Shown here in pieces: positions 17,306 to 40,941 of a stretch of 64,000 nucleotides of DNA (the first letter of the stretch is position 1; the number at the start of each line of letters is the position of its first letter). Under the pieces are notes generated by a model. It searched no databases. It saw nothing but the letters and a program-made list of their open reading frames with translations, and was not told where the DNA came from. The DNA comes from the human T2T-CHM13v2.0 reference genome, Homo sapiens: assembly GCF_009914755.1 (NCBI RefSeq), contig NC_060941.1, one strand, 5' to 3'. The position numbers and the translations under genes were made by a program.

Positions 17306-17433
17306 TGGATGATCTCTCCAAGCTCATCAAAGCTCCGGGGCACAAACACTCCTGCTTCCTTCAAAGCCTGGTTCTTGGCTACTGCAGTTTCAGAAGCCTG
17401 GTTGGCACAAGCTCCAGCATGGCCAAACTGGAC
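17306..17433 (-). CDS. ACLY: ACLY exon 21 (VQFGHAGA..., catalytic His760)
   Basis: cag/gtaagt, 128 nt; GHAGA phosphohistidine loop, residue number confirmed by summing exon lengths. Confidence 0.96.
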
Positions 17434-17694
17434 CTGGAAAGCAAAGGAAAGTAGCTTTACTGCTAATCCCCCAAGAGTGAACATAGAATCCCATGTAAAG
17501 TGTGCTAAACACTTTACATGAATCACTTCATTTAAGCCTCAAGCAAGCTCACTGAATAGGTACAATAGATGATTTCCATTTTACAGACAAGGAAACCAAA
17601 GCACAGAGAAGTTCAGGAGCTTCCTCAGGGTCACGCAGCTAAGGTGCATGGAAGTCAGGATACAAAGACTGGCAGCCCAACTCCAGAATCACCT

Positions 17695-20944
<3,250 letters not shown>

Positions 20945-21648
20945 TTAATGATACTGCAGAGTATTCTTGTACACACACCAGGTACCCGGCTTTTCCTTCA
21001 ATTTCATCATCATCACGTGAGCCACCTTCAAGGTGGTAAAGGGTTCTCTAAGCCGAAGCACAGGGGCTGAAGTCTGGCGTATGATCCCCCAGCAGAAGAC
21101 AGATAGCTCAGAAGCTTAGCAGACAGCAGAAGCCCAAGGAGTGTTTATATTCAACACCATCAGGTGCGCCAGACACTTTCAAGTACATTTTATCATTTTA
21201 ACACATCAAGAACAAACCTTTCCTTCTACCACCTCTCCCCACACAAAACATCTCACCAAGCCCCGCCCAGCTGAGCCCAGGCTGTGTCCTTCTCCCTCCT
21301 TGGCCTCCCTTTCATCAGCAAAGCCCTTCTCATCCCCTAAACTACAGTTCAAACATCACCTTCTCAGGGATGCCATCTCAACTTCTCCAGACAGCTGGTT
21401 GCTACCTACGCCAAGTAGGGACTCAGAGCCTGACTGTAGCTTTAATCTGCTTATAAATTGGTCTCCTCCAACTGGATATAAGCTCCCAGAGAGCAGGGCC
21501 CTGGCTGGACTTTGTAGTAACCAAGCAAGTAACAAACGTTTCTTGAAGGAACTAGCTGCGAATTAATAAGATGATTACCTGGTTCGCCTCAAATGCCCCC
21601 TCTTGCAATCCCCACTCCCAGCCCAGAAGTGACCCATCTCAGCCATAC

Positions 21649-21759
21649 CTCAGAGGAGAACATGGTGGCACACGTCCCGATGCACCAGCAGACGATGGGC
21701 TTAGTGAGGCGGCCCTCCTTGATGCCCCGGCAAATCTTATATTCCTCAGTGCCCCCAAT
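21649..21759 (-). CDS. ACLY: ACLY exon 20 (IGGTEEY...MFSSE)
   Basis: cag/gtatgg, 111 nt. Confidence 0.96.
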
Positions 21760-22059
21760 CTGCCAAGGAATGGGGAATGAGAAAAAGCCAAGTTAGTGCA
21801 GCCCATCCTGACGTAAAAACTGGATAGAAAATGGAGTGACACGGGCTTTGGCCAAATAAAAGGAGTTTAATTTCAGCCTGGACACAAGGAAGATTTCTAA
21901 AGGAACAAACAGCAGGTCTCCTAGAGGAATCTCTGGGACTCCCCCTTCCTAATCTAGAAATATAACATGATTTAGGATTAGACCTGCCTTCAGAGGTGCA
22001 AACAAGGGATGGGGTTATGGGACTCCCAAATTTTTTAGTATTTAGAAAATTTTTTTTAA

Positions 22060-23703
<1,644 letters not shown>

Positions 23704-24636
23704 CTCTTCATGTCTTTTGATATGATCATTATAAATCTAAGAAGACAATCTAAACAAGCAGCATTTCCTAGACTTATTCCCTGAGCCTTTGGTCAGGCAG
23801 TACCCAAGGACTGGGGATTCCCAGGCTACACCCCTAAAGACCTTGGTGAGAGTTCTTCCTCACCCAGGCATCCTATCGGAAATCATGTGGTAGAGCCAGG
23901 GAGACGAACAAGGTGACTCTATCTCAACAGCTTTTGGTTTCTAAGCCTGACAGCAGTAGTAATAGTAGGAATAATAAACAATAATGGCTAACATTTATTA
24001 TGAACCTACTAAGTGCCAGACGTTACTCTGAGATATAATACTGTATTCATGACCTACTGATCAGTGTTCCCACTACCAAAAATAATGAGGATACTATTAT
24101 TAACTACAATAAAAACTCACTGAGCACCTGCTGAACGCAGGCCCTGGCTCAGACACTTATATGTATTACAATTCATTTATTCCTCCAGTAGCCCCATGAG
24201 GTGGGGGTATTATTTACCCATTTGATGTGTAAAAATGATGGAGGTCTAGGGAGGTTAAGTAACCGGACCAGGATGGCCCCTGCCACCCACCCCCTACTAA
24301 AGAGGGAAAATGGGATTTGAACCTCTTTAGTCCAATTTCAGAACTGGCCCTCCTAACCACTGTACTCTGCTGCCTCCCTATGGCCAATCACAACAAACAG
24401 AATTATCCCCAAAGCCCAGTCGCCCCTCCTGCACATTGTTGCCCTGTTCTGTGTTTTCCGATTTCATGCTCTGTCAGTCCTGAGACAAGAGCAGTGATGC
24501 CCCATTGTTTAGACTTCAGCAGCATTCCTGCGGGCCTGGAACTCAGGGGCAGCAAGCAGCCTGCAGGACACAGCATCGTCTCCTAGCCCACTGCTCTCAA
24601 AGCAGGAAGCCCCTCCTTGGCTTCCCAGCTGATTAC

Positions 24637-24833
24637 CTGTCCCCACCAATGGCCACGCCCTCATAGACGCCATCCGTGGTCCGAGAGATGATATTGTTGA
24701 GCTCGTTGGACATGCCTCCGGAACGTGAGACATAGGCCACGCTGCCTGGGCGGTACAGTTTGGAGGCCAGGATGTTGTCCAGCATCCCACCTGTGTTGCC
24801 AATCTTAAAGCACCCAGGCTTGATGCCTCCAAC
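24637..24833 (-). CDS. ACLY: ACLY exon 18 (VGGIKPGCF...AIGGD)
   Basis: cag/gtaatc, 197 nt. Confidence 0.96.
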
Positions 24834-25272
24834 CTGTGGGGGCAGAAACCACAATCAGGGAGGAAGGTGACTTCCAGATTCACCACAAAGAATCACAAAG
24901 CCCCTGCATTACTGCCCAGCCCCTTCTGGCCAGGCTGGGGAGAGAATGACCAAGAGAAATCACACTTGCCCACTGGGTTTCCTGCTTAGGAAAGTCTCCT
25001 CTCTCTCTCAAGAGACATACAGAACAAAAGAGAGCCTTATTTGTAAAGCATGGCTCACTAATTCAGGTTCAGATACGTATACTTGGCCCGGCACAGTGGC
25101 TCAGGTCTGTAATCTCAGCTCTTTGGAAATAAATACTAGCTCCATTTTTTTAATACAGTAAGAAGTAAAAATAAGCCAGGTGTGGAGAACACTTCTGGAA
25201 TCCCAGCTACTCAGGAGGCTGAGGCAGGGAGATTGCTTGAGCTTAGGAGTTCGGGGCTGCTGAAGTGTGTTA

Positions 25273-25683
<411 letters not shown>

Positions 25684-26109
25684 TCACACCTGTAACTCCA
25701 GCACTTTGGGAGGCCGAGGTGGGTGGATCACCCGATGTCAGGAGTTCGAGACCAGCCTGACCAACATGGTGAAATCCCGTCTCGACTAAAAACACAAAAA
25801 TTAGCCGGACATGGTGGCGGGTGCCTGTAATCCCAGCTACTTGGGAGGCTGAGACAGGAGAATCACTTGAACCCGGAAGCGGAGGTTGCAGTGAGCCAGG
25901 ATCGCGCCATTGCACTCCAGCCTAGGCATTGCAGTGAGGCTGTGTCTCAAAAAAAAAGCTAAAAATGGACAGACTGATTTTCAACACATACTTCCTGAAT
26001 CTTCTCAACCTAGGAGGGAGATAGAGGAGTCAAAAAGTAAACTTCCTAAGGGCATTGAACTTCATAAGATAGCATCGAACGTAAAAGGCTTTCCGGAGGG
26101 GAAGCTCAC

Positions 26110-26214
26110 AGTGGCAGGTCCGATGATGGTCACTCCCTTCTGGTCCGCCTTCTTGATCAGCTTTCTCGTGAGGGCCTCAGGGATGCCTTCAGCTATGATG
26201 GCGATGGTCCGGAT
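26110..26214 (-). CDS. ACLY: ACLY exon 17 ([10 protein letters not shown]...IGPAT)
   Basis: tag/gtgagc, 105 nt. Confidence 0.96.
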
Positions 26215-26244
26215 CTAGAGGATGACAAAAGTCCCTTCCTGTTA

Positions 26245-26718
<474 letters not shown>

Positions 26719-27070
26719 CTAACCATCTCCTGAAAACACAAGTGGTGGATAGCCGAAACTGATCTCCACTAGCTAACACCACAGTGATCCACCCAAGAGA
26801 GGCAGGTATTTCGGAAGCCCTGCTACAGTCATAGCAGCTACGTTCACTCTCACCCAAAAGCTCACACCCTCCTGTTGTCTACCTGTTCCTGTGCCTGCTC
26901 ATAAAGCAGCTATCTAAGGCTTTTCTTCATGGGACCCTCCGAGTCTTGTCACCATCCCCACAGGACAGGGTCAGCGTTTAAGAGAAATGAGCTGCTTCTA
27001 CACTCAGCCCAGAGGCGGGGTGGGAGGGGCATGGGACAGATCCAGGAATCACTTCTCTTTGGCTCTAAAC

Positions 27071-27727
<657 letters not shown>

Positions 27728-27737
27728 CCCTAAACTA

Positions 27738-28001
<264 letters not shown>

Positions 28002-28034
28002 CTAGCTTGGGTGATGGAGAAAGGCTCCATTTCA

Positions 28035-28078
<44 letters not shown>

Positions 28079-28158
28079 AGTAGCTCATTTTCAGCAAATG
28101 TATTTTTTCACTTCCTCTAGGTATCAAGACAATTTTATATTCTCCAGTCATAAACTGA

Positions 28159-28419
<261 letters not shown>

Positions 28420-29041
28420 TGACCTCAAATGATCCACCCACCTTGGCCTCCCGAAGTCCTGGGATTCCAGATGTGAGTCACCGCACCCAGCCTCAAACCT
28501 GCACCTTCTGATGCAGTAGTTCAACTTCTAGAAATTTATGCTTAGGGAATAATTAAGGATATAGGCAAATGTTAATCCGAGATTGCCCATCACAAGATTT
28601 GCAAAAGCAAAAGTGATGCTGCCAGTTAGTGCTTACTGATGTGGAAAGAGCAACTGAAGAAAGCAGATTATATGAGTGGCATACAGTATTATTCCCTTTG
28701 CTCAAATCTAGAAAAGGGGGTAGATAAGGACATACCGTCATAGCAGCAGTCATGTTTTTCTGAAATGGGACCTCAAGTATTTATTTTCAACAAAACAGTA
28801 TTTATCAGTATTTTGAAACTGTTCTATAATAAATACGTAATATTTTTATAATGAAATGTTGGAGTCTTTCTGAGCCTCCTCTGGCTTGGGAAGCTGACCG
28901 ATTGAAAAAAAAAAAAAAAATTTGCCGGGCGCGGTGGCTCACGCCTGTAATCCCAGCACTTTGGGAGGCCGAGGCGGGCGGATCACGAGGTCGAGAGATC
29001 GAGACCACCCTGGCCAACATGGTGAAACTCCGTCTCTACTA

Positions 29042-29226
<185 letters not shown>

Positions 29227-29506
29227 TTAATTAAAATAGGCCAGGTGCAGTGGCTCACTCCTGTAATCCCAGCACTTTGGGAGGCCAAGGTGAGTGGATC
29301 ACTTAAGGCCAGGAGTTCGAGACCAGTCTGGCCAACATGGTGAAACCCCATCTGTACAAAAAAAAAAAAAAAAAAAAAAAAGCCAGGTGTGGTGGCATGT
29401 GCTTGTAATCCCAGCTACTCAGAAGGCTGAGGCACGAGAATCACTTGAGCCTGGGAAGTGGAGGCTGTGTGACAGAGTGAGGCCCTGTCTCAAAAAAAAA
29501 AAATAA

Positions 29507-29728
<222 letters not shown>

Positions 29729-29945
29729 TAAGTACAGACAAGGTCTTGCTGTGTTGTTCAAGTTGGTCTCGAACCCCTAGCCTCAAACAATACCCCCGCC
29801 TCTGCCGCCCAACAAACACAAGCCATGGCATCCAGCCAATCCCAGTTTTCAAGCCAGTTATGCATAGCACAGAGAGGATATAGTGGGGGTGGGGTGGAGC
29901 CTGAGCCACCTCATTTATTTAACATTTATTTATTTATTTATTTAG

Positions 29946-30080
<135 letters not shown>

Positions 30081-30796
30081 TAATTTTTTTATAGGGACAG
30101 GGTCTTGCTTTGTTGGTCTCAAACTCCTGGGCTCAAGCAATCTTCTTGCCTTGACCTCCCAAAGTGCTGGAATAACAGGCATAAGCCACCATGCCCAGCG
30201 TATATTTTATTTTACTTTATTTAATTTTTTAAAGACAGGGTCTTGCTCTGCCACCCACGCTGGAGTGCCATGGAATGATCATAGCTAACTGCAGCCTTGA
30301 ACTCCTGGGTGATCAATTGATCCTCCTGCCTCAGCTTCCTGAGTAGCTGGGACTACAGGTGTGAGTCACCATGCCTGGCTTGACTAATTTTTAAGCTTTT
30401 TGTAGAGAATGGGTCTCGCTTTATTGCTTAGGCTGGTCTTGAACTCTTGGCTTCAAGCAATCTTCCTGCCTCTGCCTTCCAAAGTCCTAGGATTACAGGC
30501 ATAAGTCACTGTCCCAGGCCTGAGCAGCCTCTTTGTAAGCCCAGATAAGCAGCCTCTGCCCAGACTGACCTGCCCTAAGTCACTATCCTGACTTCTGAAG
30601 ATCATGTGTCTCCAACCATTTCCACCTAAACCACTGGCTACTCCCAAATCCCCAGCCCTTTGTCCCAGGCAGCAGTGACGGGACATCAACCAGGAGCCAT
30701 TCCTGCTTCCCCACCCTCTGTCCCCTAGAGCCCAGTGATCTACCTGCGCATAGTTCATGGTCCCCACCCCCCACCCTCCAGAGCCCAGTGATCTAC

Positions 30797-30965
30797 CTGG
30801 GCATAGTTCATGGTCTCCATGGTGCTGTCATAGGCAGAGCGGAGAGAGGCAAAGTTGATGAGCACATCTACCTCCGGGTGCTTCCTCATGGCATCAGCCA
30901 TGTTCTTGAAGACAGGGATCAGGATCTCTTTGTGCCCCCAGTAAAACTTCTGCTTGTGGTCCCCA
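30797..30965 (-). CDS. ACLY: ACLY exon 16 ([10 protein letters not shown]...TMNYAQ)
   Basis: cag/gtagat, 169 nt; carries K540/K546/K554. Confidence 0.96.
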
Positions 30966-31123
30966 CTGTGAGAAAGTAAAAGAAGAATTAGGATATCCTC
31001 AACCTGTCAGGACTGGGGAAGGGGAAGCTGAGGGGAGGAATTTCACCTAGAAGATAGAAAAGGCATGGTCTGTGCCCTCAAAGAATTTTCATCTAAGGGA
31101 CAAAGATCCCCCAGGAATACTGA

Positions 31124-33090
<1,967 letters not shown>

Positions 33091-33100
33091 AAAAACCTTC

Positions 33101-33190
33101 CATGATGCGATTATTACGCATTGCACGCCTGTACCAAAATATCTCATGCACCCCTACTATGTACCCACAAAAATTTTAAAAAGAAAATTT
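33101..33190 (+). mobile_element. L1 (L1MA-like) 3' end fragment
   Basis: GATTATTACGCATTGC...CTACTATGTACCCACAAAAATT followed by A-rich tail. Confidence 0.6.
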
Positions 33191-35135
33191 TAATGCAGCA
33201 AGTATATTTAAAAAAAAAAAGAAAAAAGTGCAGTCCTTAGCCTAAAGGGAAAGGACTTTTACCACGCTTCAGGCAGTTGACTTTCCCCTCTGGGTCCCTG
33301 CAAGTCCAAGAGGAGGAAAGCAGCCCTCAGGGAGGTTCTGAGCTCCCCTAGGAAGAATGATGCATCTAGCCCAGTGGCATCTGGTATTAATTAACCTACT
33401 GTACTAGAGCAGGCTTGGCTAACCAAGTTCATGGTCTCATTAAATCCCTGTACAGGCCTGCCTCTTCCATCACAGCCTTACAGCTTCTCATGACAGAAGG
33501 TTCCTGATGTTGCAAATACCTGGGATTTACTGTCACCTAGACCCCCCGGGTTCTGCTGAGACATGAGATCACAGAACAAGGGGAGCCACCTAATCCAGTT
33601 CTCCCACTTCCCAGTCCTAGGAAACTGAAGCCCAGAGATGCCAAATGATTGAGGTCCGAGGTCATCCAGCATCAGAGCCAGGATTACACAATCACTTAAA
33701 ATGCAGCTCAACTGTGAAAGTGAGGAGGGAGAATATAAGTGTGAGTTCATGACCCGCCATCCTCAGGGGAAGCCTGCATCATGTCACCCCCGCCAGGTGA
33801 CGCACGTGCACATGCCTCTGATCTATCTACCCTGCCAGCTACAGAAATCAAGACAAAGCCTGGAATCTACCAACCTACCAGCATCTCCAGCAGGAAGGGT
33901 GGAGGTAAAGTGGCCCTTCCTCAAGCACAGAGAAACCAAAGCTGAAGGGTGTATCCTCAGCCCACCAGCAGCAGAGAGGCTCCACAGAGAACCTCTGTGC
34001 CAGGGGCTATGCCCCCTACACCAGGCCTCCTCTGGCCTCGCTGAGGGGAGGGCTCGCTCAGCCATAATCTGTTCTCCCTGACACACCCTCCTTTTATTTC
34101 TCTCACTCCAGAAAGTAACAAGGATAACCCCCCTCCTCATAACCCTCCTCCCCTTCAGAGCACAGAGAGCTCCTGGAGAACCAGGGCTGGTCCCTGTTCT
34201 TTCCACACTGGGCTCACTCTGCTCTTAACTTTTTCCAGAGGCAAAAACATCAGGATTAAAGCCAGGTGGCCACAGTGCTGCATTCCAGGCCTTTCCAGCT
34301 GGTTATCGACCCTGCCAATTACTCCTTCCCCTCCCCTTAGCAAGGGGACAACAAAGACTTCCCCGCCTCCACGGCTGTGAATGTCAAAGTTAAATGGACG
34401 CTCTGATGCCATGAACCAATTAATCTACTCAGCTAGGCTGGTGGGTGAATGCGCATGCACAGAAGTATCCACTGTAAAATGTGACCTCATACACCAGACA
34501 AAGCTCATACCCCTTCCAATTACCCAGTCACTAGATCCGCTGCACACCCTTCTGCGCTTCCGTCTACCTCCTTCTTCACCTCTCTTGTTCCTCCACCACA
34601 ACCCCAGAAAAAGATAAACTGGTCCCTGGAGCTTGAGGATGAAGCTGGCAGTGGTGAAGCCGAGGCAGGAAAGGTGGGAAAATGACATCAGGAGATGTAA
34701 ATGAGAAGCAGGGGTGACTTGTGGCTCCCCTTCTGCACCCCAGCAGTGACAGACGCCCACGACTCTCTGCCACTCCCCATTTAGTTGGATGGCTCCCTCC
34801 TTCCCAGGCGACACTCTCTCCTTGACACCACTACACTCTCCAGGGCTGTGGGTCTGGCTCTTGCTCCTTCCAAAATCTCTACCCCTTCCCAAGCTTGGAG
34901 CCAGAAACAGCCACACAGTGAGGAGAGGACTGAGTGGGGCGCGTACTGAGCACGGATAGGAGGGGAGGAAGAGCGAAGACTTAGGACTTGGGGTCAGGCC
35001 ACATCAAGGCAGGGACAGAAAATAGACCAGACGACACTGCAACCCACCAGGGGAGGGGGAAACAGAGCACACAGTAAAACTGTCACCCGCTAACAAAGCC
35101 ACACGCGGAGTGGGGGCAGGGTGGGGGCATCCTAC

Positions 35136-35165
35136 CTTGCAGGGATCTTGGACTTGGGACTGAAT
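35136..35165 (-). CDS. ACLY: ACLY exon 14, 30-nt cassette microexon (DSVPSPRSLQ)
   Basis: gacag|ATTCAGTC...CTGCAAG|gtagga; symmetric phase 1-1; needed to reach 1101 aa, skipping gives 1091 aa. Confidence 0.93.
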
Positions 35166-36264
35166 CTGTCAAAGAAAATGACCAAGGCAACTGAGTGACC
35201 CACTGATGGCTGGAGGCTTTGGAGGGAGAGGGTGGGAACAGGGAAGGGTCCCATGGACAAGCCTTTCAGGGCTAAAGCCCTCACCATCCCTCTCCTGTTC
35301 TGCAATGGACAACGGAGTAAGGCCAGCAGAAGAGGTGAAAGCACCGATGAGCAGAATGGAAGCAAGAAAGAGCAAAGACCAAACGGGCAGAGAGGGGGCA
35401 GGAGGAGGACAAAGGCTGGGCAGATGTGCTCAACACCAGCGCCTCCCCCAGGCCCTCTGCAGGGACAGCTGGATGACTTGAACTCTGGGCTCTCTAGCTG
35501 GCGCAGTCCCACCCTCTTAATGCCAATCCCTTTTTGTCTCCATGAAACACTATGAGATGATTGGCCAGCATGGGGTTGACCCGTGCCATGGACAAGGATG
35601 CTGATTTGGGACAGTGTCACTATTTTCCAAAATGCCATAGCAAAGTGTGTCCCAGGAAGAGGCTGCACAGGTATACCAGCCCAGGGGTAACTAACACCAC
35701 TTATGTAGAGCTGGCTGCAAGGGCTGGCCGGCAGGAATCACATCTACACGGAGAGAAAAATTAGTTGAAATACAGATGGGCTGACAGGCGGGGGCTTTTC
35801 TTGCTGGGGATTCAAAGGAGGGAATGTCTGTTAGGGCCCCAAGATGGTGGGGGTGGCCTGGGAACTGCTGTCGTATGAGCTGGCTCTGCCGTCCTGGGGT
35901 CCCGGTGTCTGCCCTCCACTCAGGAGAAGAGTCTCAGAGAACTTTCCACTTCCTGGAATTTCTGTAACCCTATCTCCTCCACAGCCTCCCTGCCCAGTCC
36001 ACACCCCCATAAGAAGAACCAGGGGTAGAAGAGAATAGGGGGAGTTGAGGCGACCAGGCACGGCGTGGGTCCTCTGCCTCAGGAGCGCCCACAGGGAAGG
36101 CTCAAGTCATACCATCCTCGTGTCCCAGGTGCACTCCCATTGCAAAACCCAAACCGCTGTTCATCTGCCTCTGCCAGCCCAGGGGGGAAAGGGAAAGGGG
36201 AGAGAGATACAGAGGGTACCGCAAGGCCACTCCCTGCAACATGCCTGAAGCCTCAGGGAGTTAC

Positions 36265-36355
36265 CTTGTGGCATGGCAGGCTTGGCCTTCTTTGCAGGCG
36301 CCACCTCATCGGCCCTGGACTCAGAAAAAGATGCTGTCCTGCTGGGGGCTGGCGT
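36265..36355 (-). CDS. ACLY: ACLY exon 13 ([10 protein letters not shown]..., Ser455 phosphosite)
   Basis: cag/gtaact, 91 nt. Confidence 0.96.
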
Positions 36356-36647
36356 CTGGGGTGAGATAAGGAGAGAGTGTAAGAGGTAAGAGTCACACCT
36401 GGGAAAAAAGCCACTGGTCCTTAAAGGCCCCAAAGAAAACTCGTAATAAAAATTATGCACAGCAATGCTCTTTATAAGCTGCTTCCAAAAGTACTAATAA
36501 TCCTCTAAGATACGAATTAATATTATCCCATGTTACAGATCAGCAAACTGAGGCCCTGGGTGGACAAGGTACTGGCTAAGGTTGCTCTCTCAGCAAAAAG
36601 TAAGAGTAACGATTTTTAAGTTTTTCTTTTCTTTTCTTTTCTTTTGA

Positions 36648-36743
<96 letters not shown>

Positions 36744-36746
36744 TGA

Positions 36747-36983
<237 letters not shown>

Positions 36984-37146
36984 TAATCAGGACAGGAAAA
37001 AAATTGGCAGAGATCCACAAACCAACCATGCACTAACTCCCGCTGTATTTCCTCTATGCCCCCAGGGAACAGAGGAAGAAGACTGTATCCTAGTGGAAAA
37101 GATGAGATGGTTCCTTCCTGTAAGGTTTGGGGAGGCTGGAACCTAC

Positions 37147-37301
37147 CGATGTGCTCCCGCTGGCGTTGAGGAGGAAGTTTGCAGTGTGGGCCGCTGTGGG
37201 TGGCTGGTTGGGGATGGGCCGGTGGCCCAGGGCCATGCCCACAATGGCCGTCATGTGAGTCTCTGTGCCAAAGACATGGATGGGGATCCCAGTGGTCTTC
37301 C
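37147..37301 (-). CDS. ACLY: ACLY exon 12 ([10 protein letters not shown]...ASGSTS)
   Basis: cag/gtaggt, 155 nt. Confidence 0.96.
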
Positions 37302-38446
37302 CTGCAAGGGAAGGAAAAAAAAATCCATAATTCAAGTCTGCAGATAAGGGCCCAAGTCCATGTGACCCTGCAAAGGGCCTTTTACAGCCATGATCAGTGT
37401 TTGGCGCATTCAGTGCAAGACCAATATCCAGGACAAATCAGCTGTCATAATTTCACCACCAGACAAATCTTTCTAAAGGCCACTTGCTGATAACAAGAAC
37501 AAGAAACAGGCCAGGTGCAGTGGCTCACACCTGTAATCCCAGCAATTTGGGAGGCTGAGGCGGGCAGATCACTTGAGGTCAGGAGTTTGAGACCAGCCTG
37601 GCCAACGTGGTGAAACCCTGTCTCTACTAAAAACACAAAAAATTAGCCAGGCGTGGTGGCGTGTGCCTGTAATCCCAGCTACTCGGAGGCTCAGGCAGGA
37701 GGATCCCTTGAAACTGGGAGGCAGAGGTTGCAAAGTAAGCTGAGATTGCGCCACTGCACTCCAGCCTGGGTGACAGAGTGAGACTCTTGTCTCCAAAAAA
37801 AAAAAACCACATAAGAAACATATTTACTGGCAAGATTCAAGTAACCAAATTATCAGAGCCCATATTCCTCCTGTTCGCAGTCTGGACCCCAGCTCTCCAG
37901 CTTTCCTTAGCCCTCATCGCATGCATCCACCAGTGCTTGGTCTCTGTTCCTAAACACCCTGAGCCCATTCCCCCAGGGCTCTGGCCCTGCTTCTCCCTCT
38001 GCGTGGAGCTCTCCATGGAGCTTCACCTGGCTGCTCTCTGGTCTCCCAGCTCAACCCAAGCACTACCTCCTGAGAAAGGCCCCCTCTGACCTTGATGGTC
38101 ACTCTCCCATGCCACGCTCCCCTCCTCCTTGTACAGACAGACCCCTAGCATCTTCTCCTACTGTTTACTTGTGGAATGTTCTAATTTTAAGAGCATGATC
38201 TGGTAACTTCACTGTGCTGTCCCCAGGCCTGCCCCACTGCACATAGCAGATCCTCAGCTTTGAACCAGCTCTATTAAAAAGAAAACAAAAGGCTCACACC
38301 TGTAATCCCAACACTTTGGGAGGCCTAGGCAGGTGGATCGCTTGAGTCCAAGAGTTCGAGACCAGCCTGGGCAACATGGCAAAAGTTCGTCTACAAAAAA
38401 ATTAGCCAGGTGTGTGCTAATTTTTTGTACAAAAATTGTGTATTTA

Positions 38447-38665
<219 letters not shown>

Positions 38666-38691
38666 TCAAGAGATTGAGACCATCCTGGCTA

Positions 38692-38941
<250 letters not shown>

Positions 38942-39069
38942 TCAAATTGTGTCACTTGGCTGGTTGTAGTGGCTCACGTCTATAATCCTAGCACTTTGGG
39001 AGGCAAAGGCAAGAGGATCACTTGAGGCCAGGAGTTTGAGATCAGCTTGGGCAACACAGTGAGACACTA

Positions 39070-39661
<592 letters not shown>

Positions 39662-40215
39662 TAGAGGCAGGGTCTCGCCATGTTGCCCAGGCTGGTCTTG
39701 AACTCCTGAGCTCAAGGGATCCTCCCACTTCGACCTCCCAAAGTACACGAGCCACCTGTGCCCAGCCTTGATCAAGTTTGATCAAGCATTTTCTGATCTC
39801 CCTGTTGAAGGCTGCCCCGACCCCTCCCACATGCATTCTCCCTTTCCCTGCTTTGTTTTCCTTCCTGGCACTCGGCACCCCCTGACATAGCAGTTTGTGT
39901 CCTCCGTTCCATCAAGGCTTGCTGTCTGTCCATTTGTGGCTGTAACCCTCGTCACCAGCACAAAGCCCAGCACAGAGCGAGTGATCTTTAATAAATATCT
40001 GTTAAGTGTAGAGCTCAATGAAAATGCTTTCCTGACCACTCCAAAGTTTAGGATAGCACTCTGTGTTGGGACAGGGAATGGAAACCCAAACTGCACACCC
40101 AGGAAGGGGAGTAGAGAGCAAAAGAGCCTAAGACTGATGCTCAGGAATCAGAAATCCCAAAGAGGAAGGCCACCCACACTCAGGGTGAGGGGGAGAGAAA
40201 AGGTCCTCATCTTAC

Positions 40216-40333
40216 CGACTTCTCCCATCACCCGTAAGCCCTCCTGATAGTTGGGGCCACCTCTTCGGACAAAGATTGTGACTTCGTGCTCCTTCAGGGG
40301 GCCCTGGTAATCTCGAATTGCTCTCACGATGCC
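40216..40333 (-). CDS. ACLY: ACLY exon 11 (GIVRAIRDY...VRRGGPNY...GEV)
   Basis: cag/gtaaga, 118 nt. Confidence 0.96.
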
Positions 40334-40740
40334 CTGGAAGCCCAAAGTGACATGTGACTAAAAACAAGGCAGCCACAAGTCAATGATTTATAACCGTGAT
40401 AAACAAACATACCAGGTATATGTGACAAGTGCTGCTCCTCAGGAAGCACAGGACTACGCATAAGCAGCCAAGGCCTGGAATATGATCACTCAGAATGTTG
40501 CTGAGGTGGGAACGTGGGGTACCCGGGATTGACATCCCTTAATGTCATGGTGCTCCAGGCCTCCATCATCAGCAAGGCCTTGCTGGTCTCTCTTTTGTCC
40601 CTTCTGCAGTCATTACTGCCTCTTACTACATTTTTGTTTTTGGTGGGGATATCTATGTTGGGCTCTATGCAAGGGTTCTCAGAGGTACTAAGACATAGTC
40701 AATGTCCTACAAAAGCTTCTTAAGTGATGTGCGGGAATAG

Positions 40741-40941
<201 letters not shown>

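Noticed and set aside
30453-30767. ORF starting GTMNYAQ that looks like an ACLY paralog fragment
   Set aside because: Explained by the local 36-bp duplication of the exon 16 end; not a separate gene
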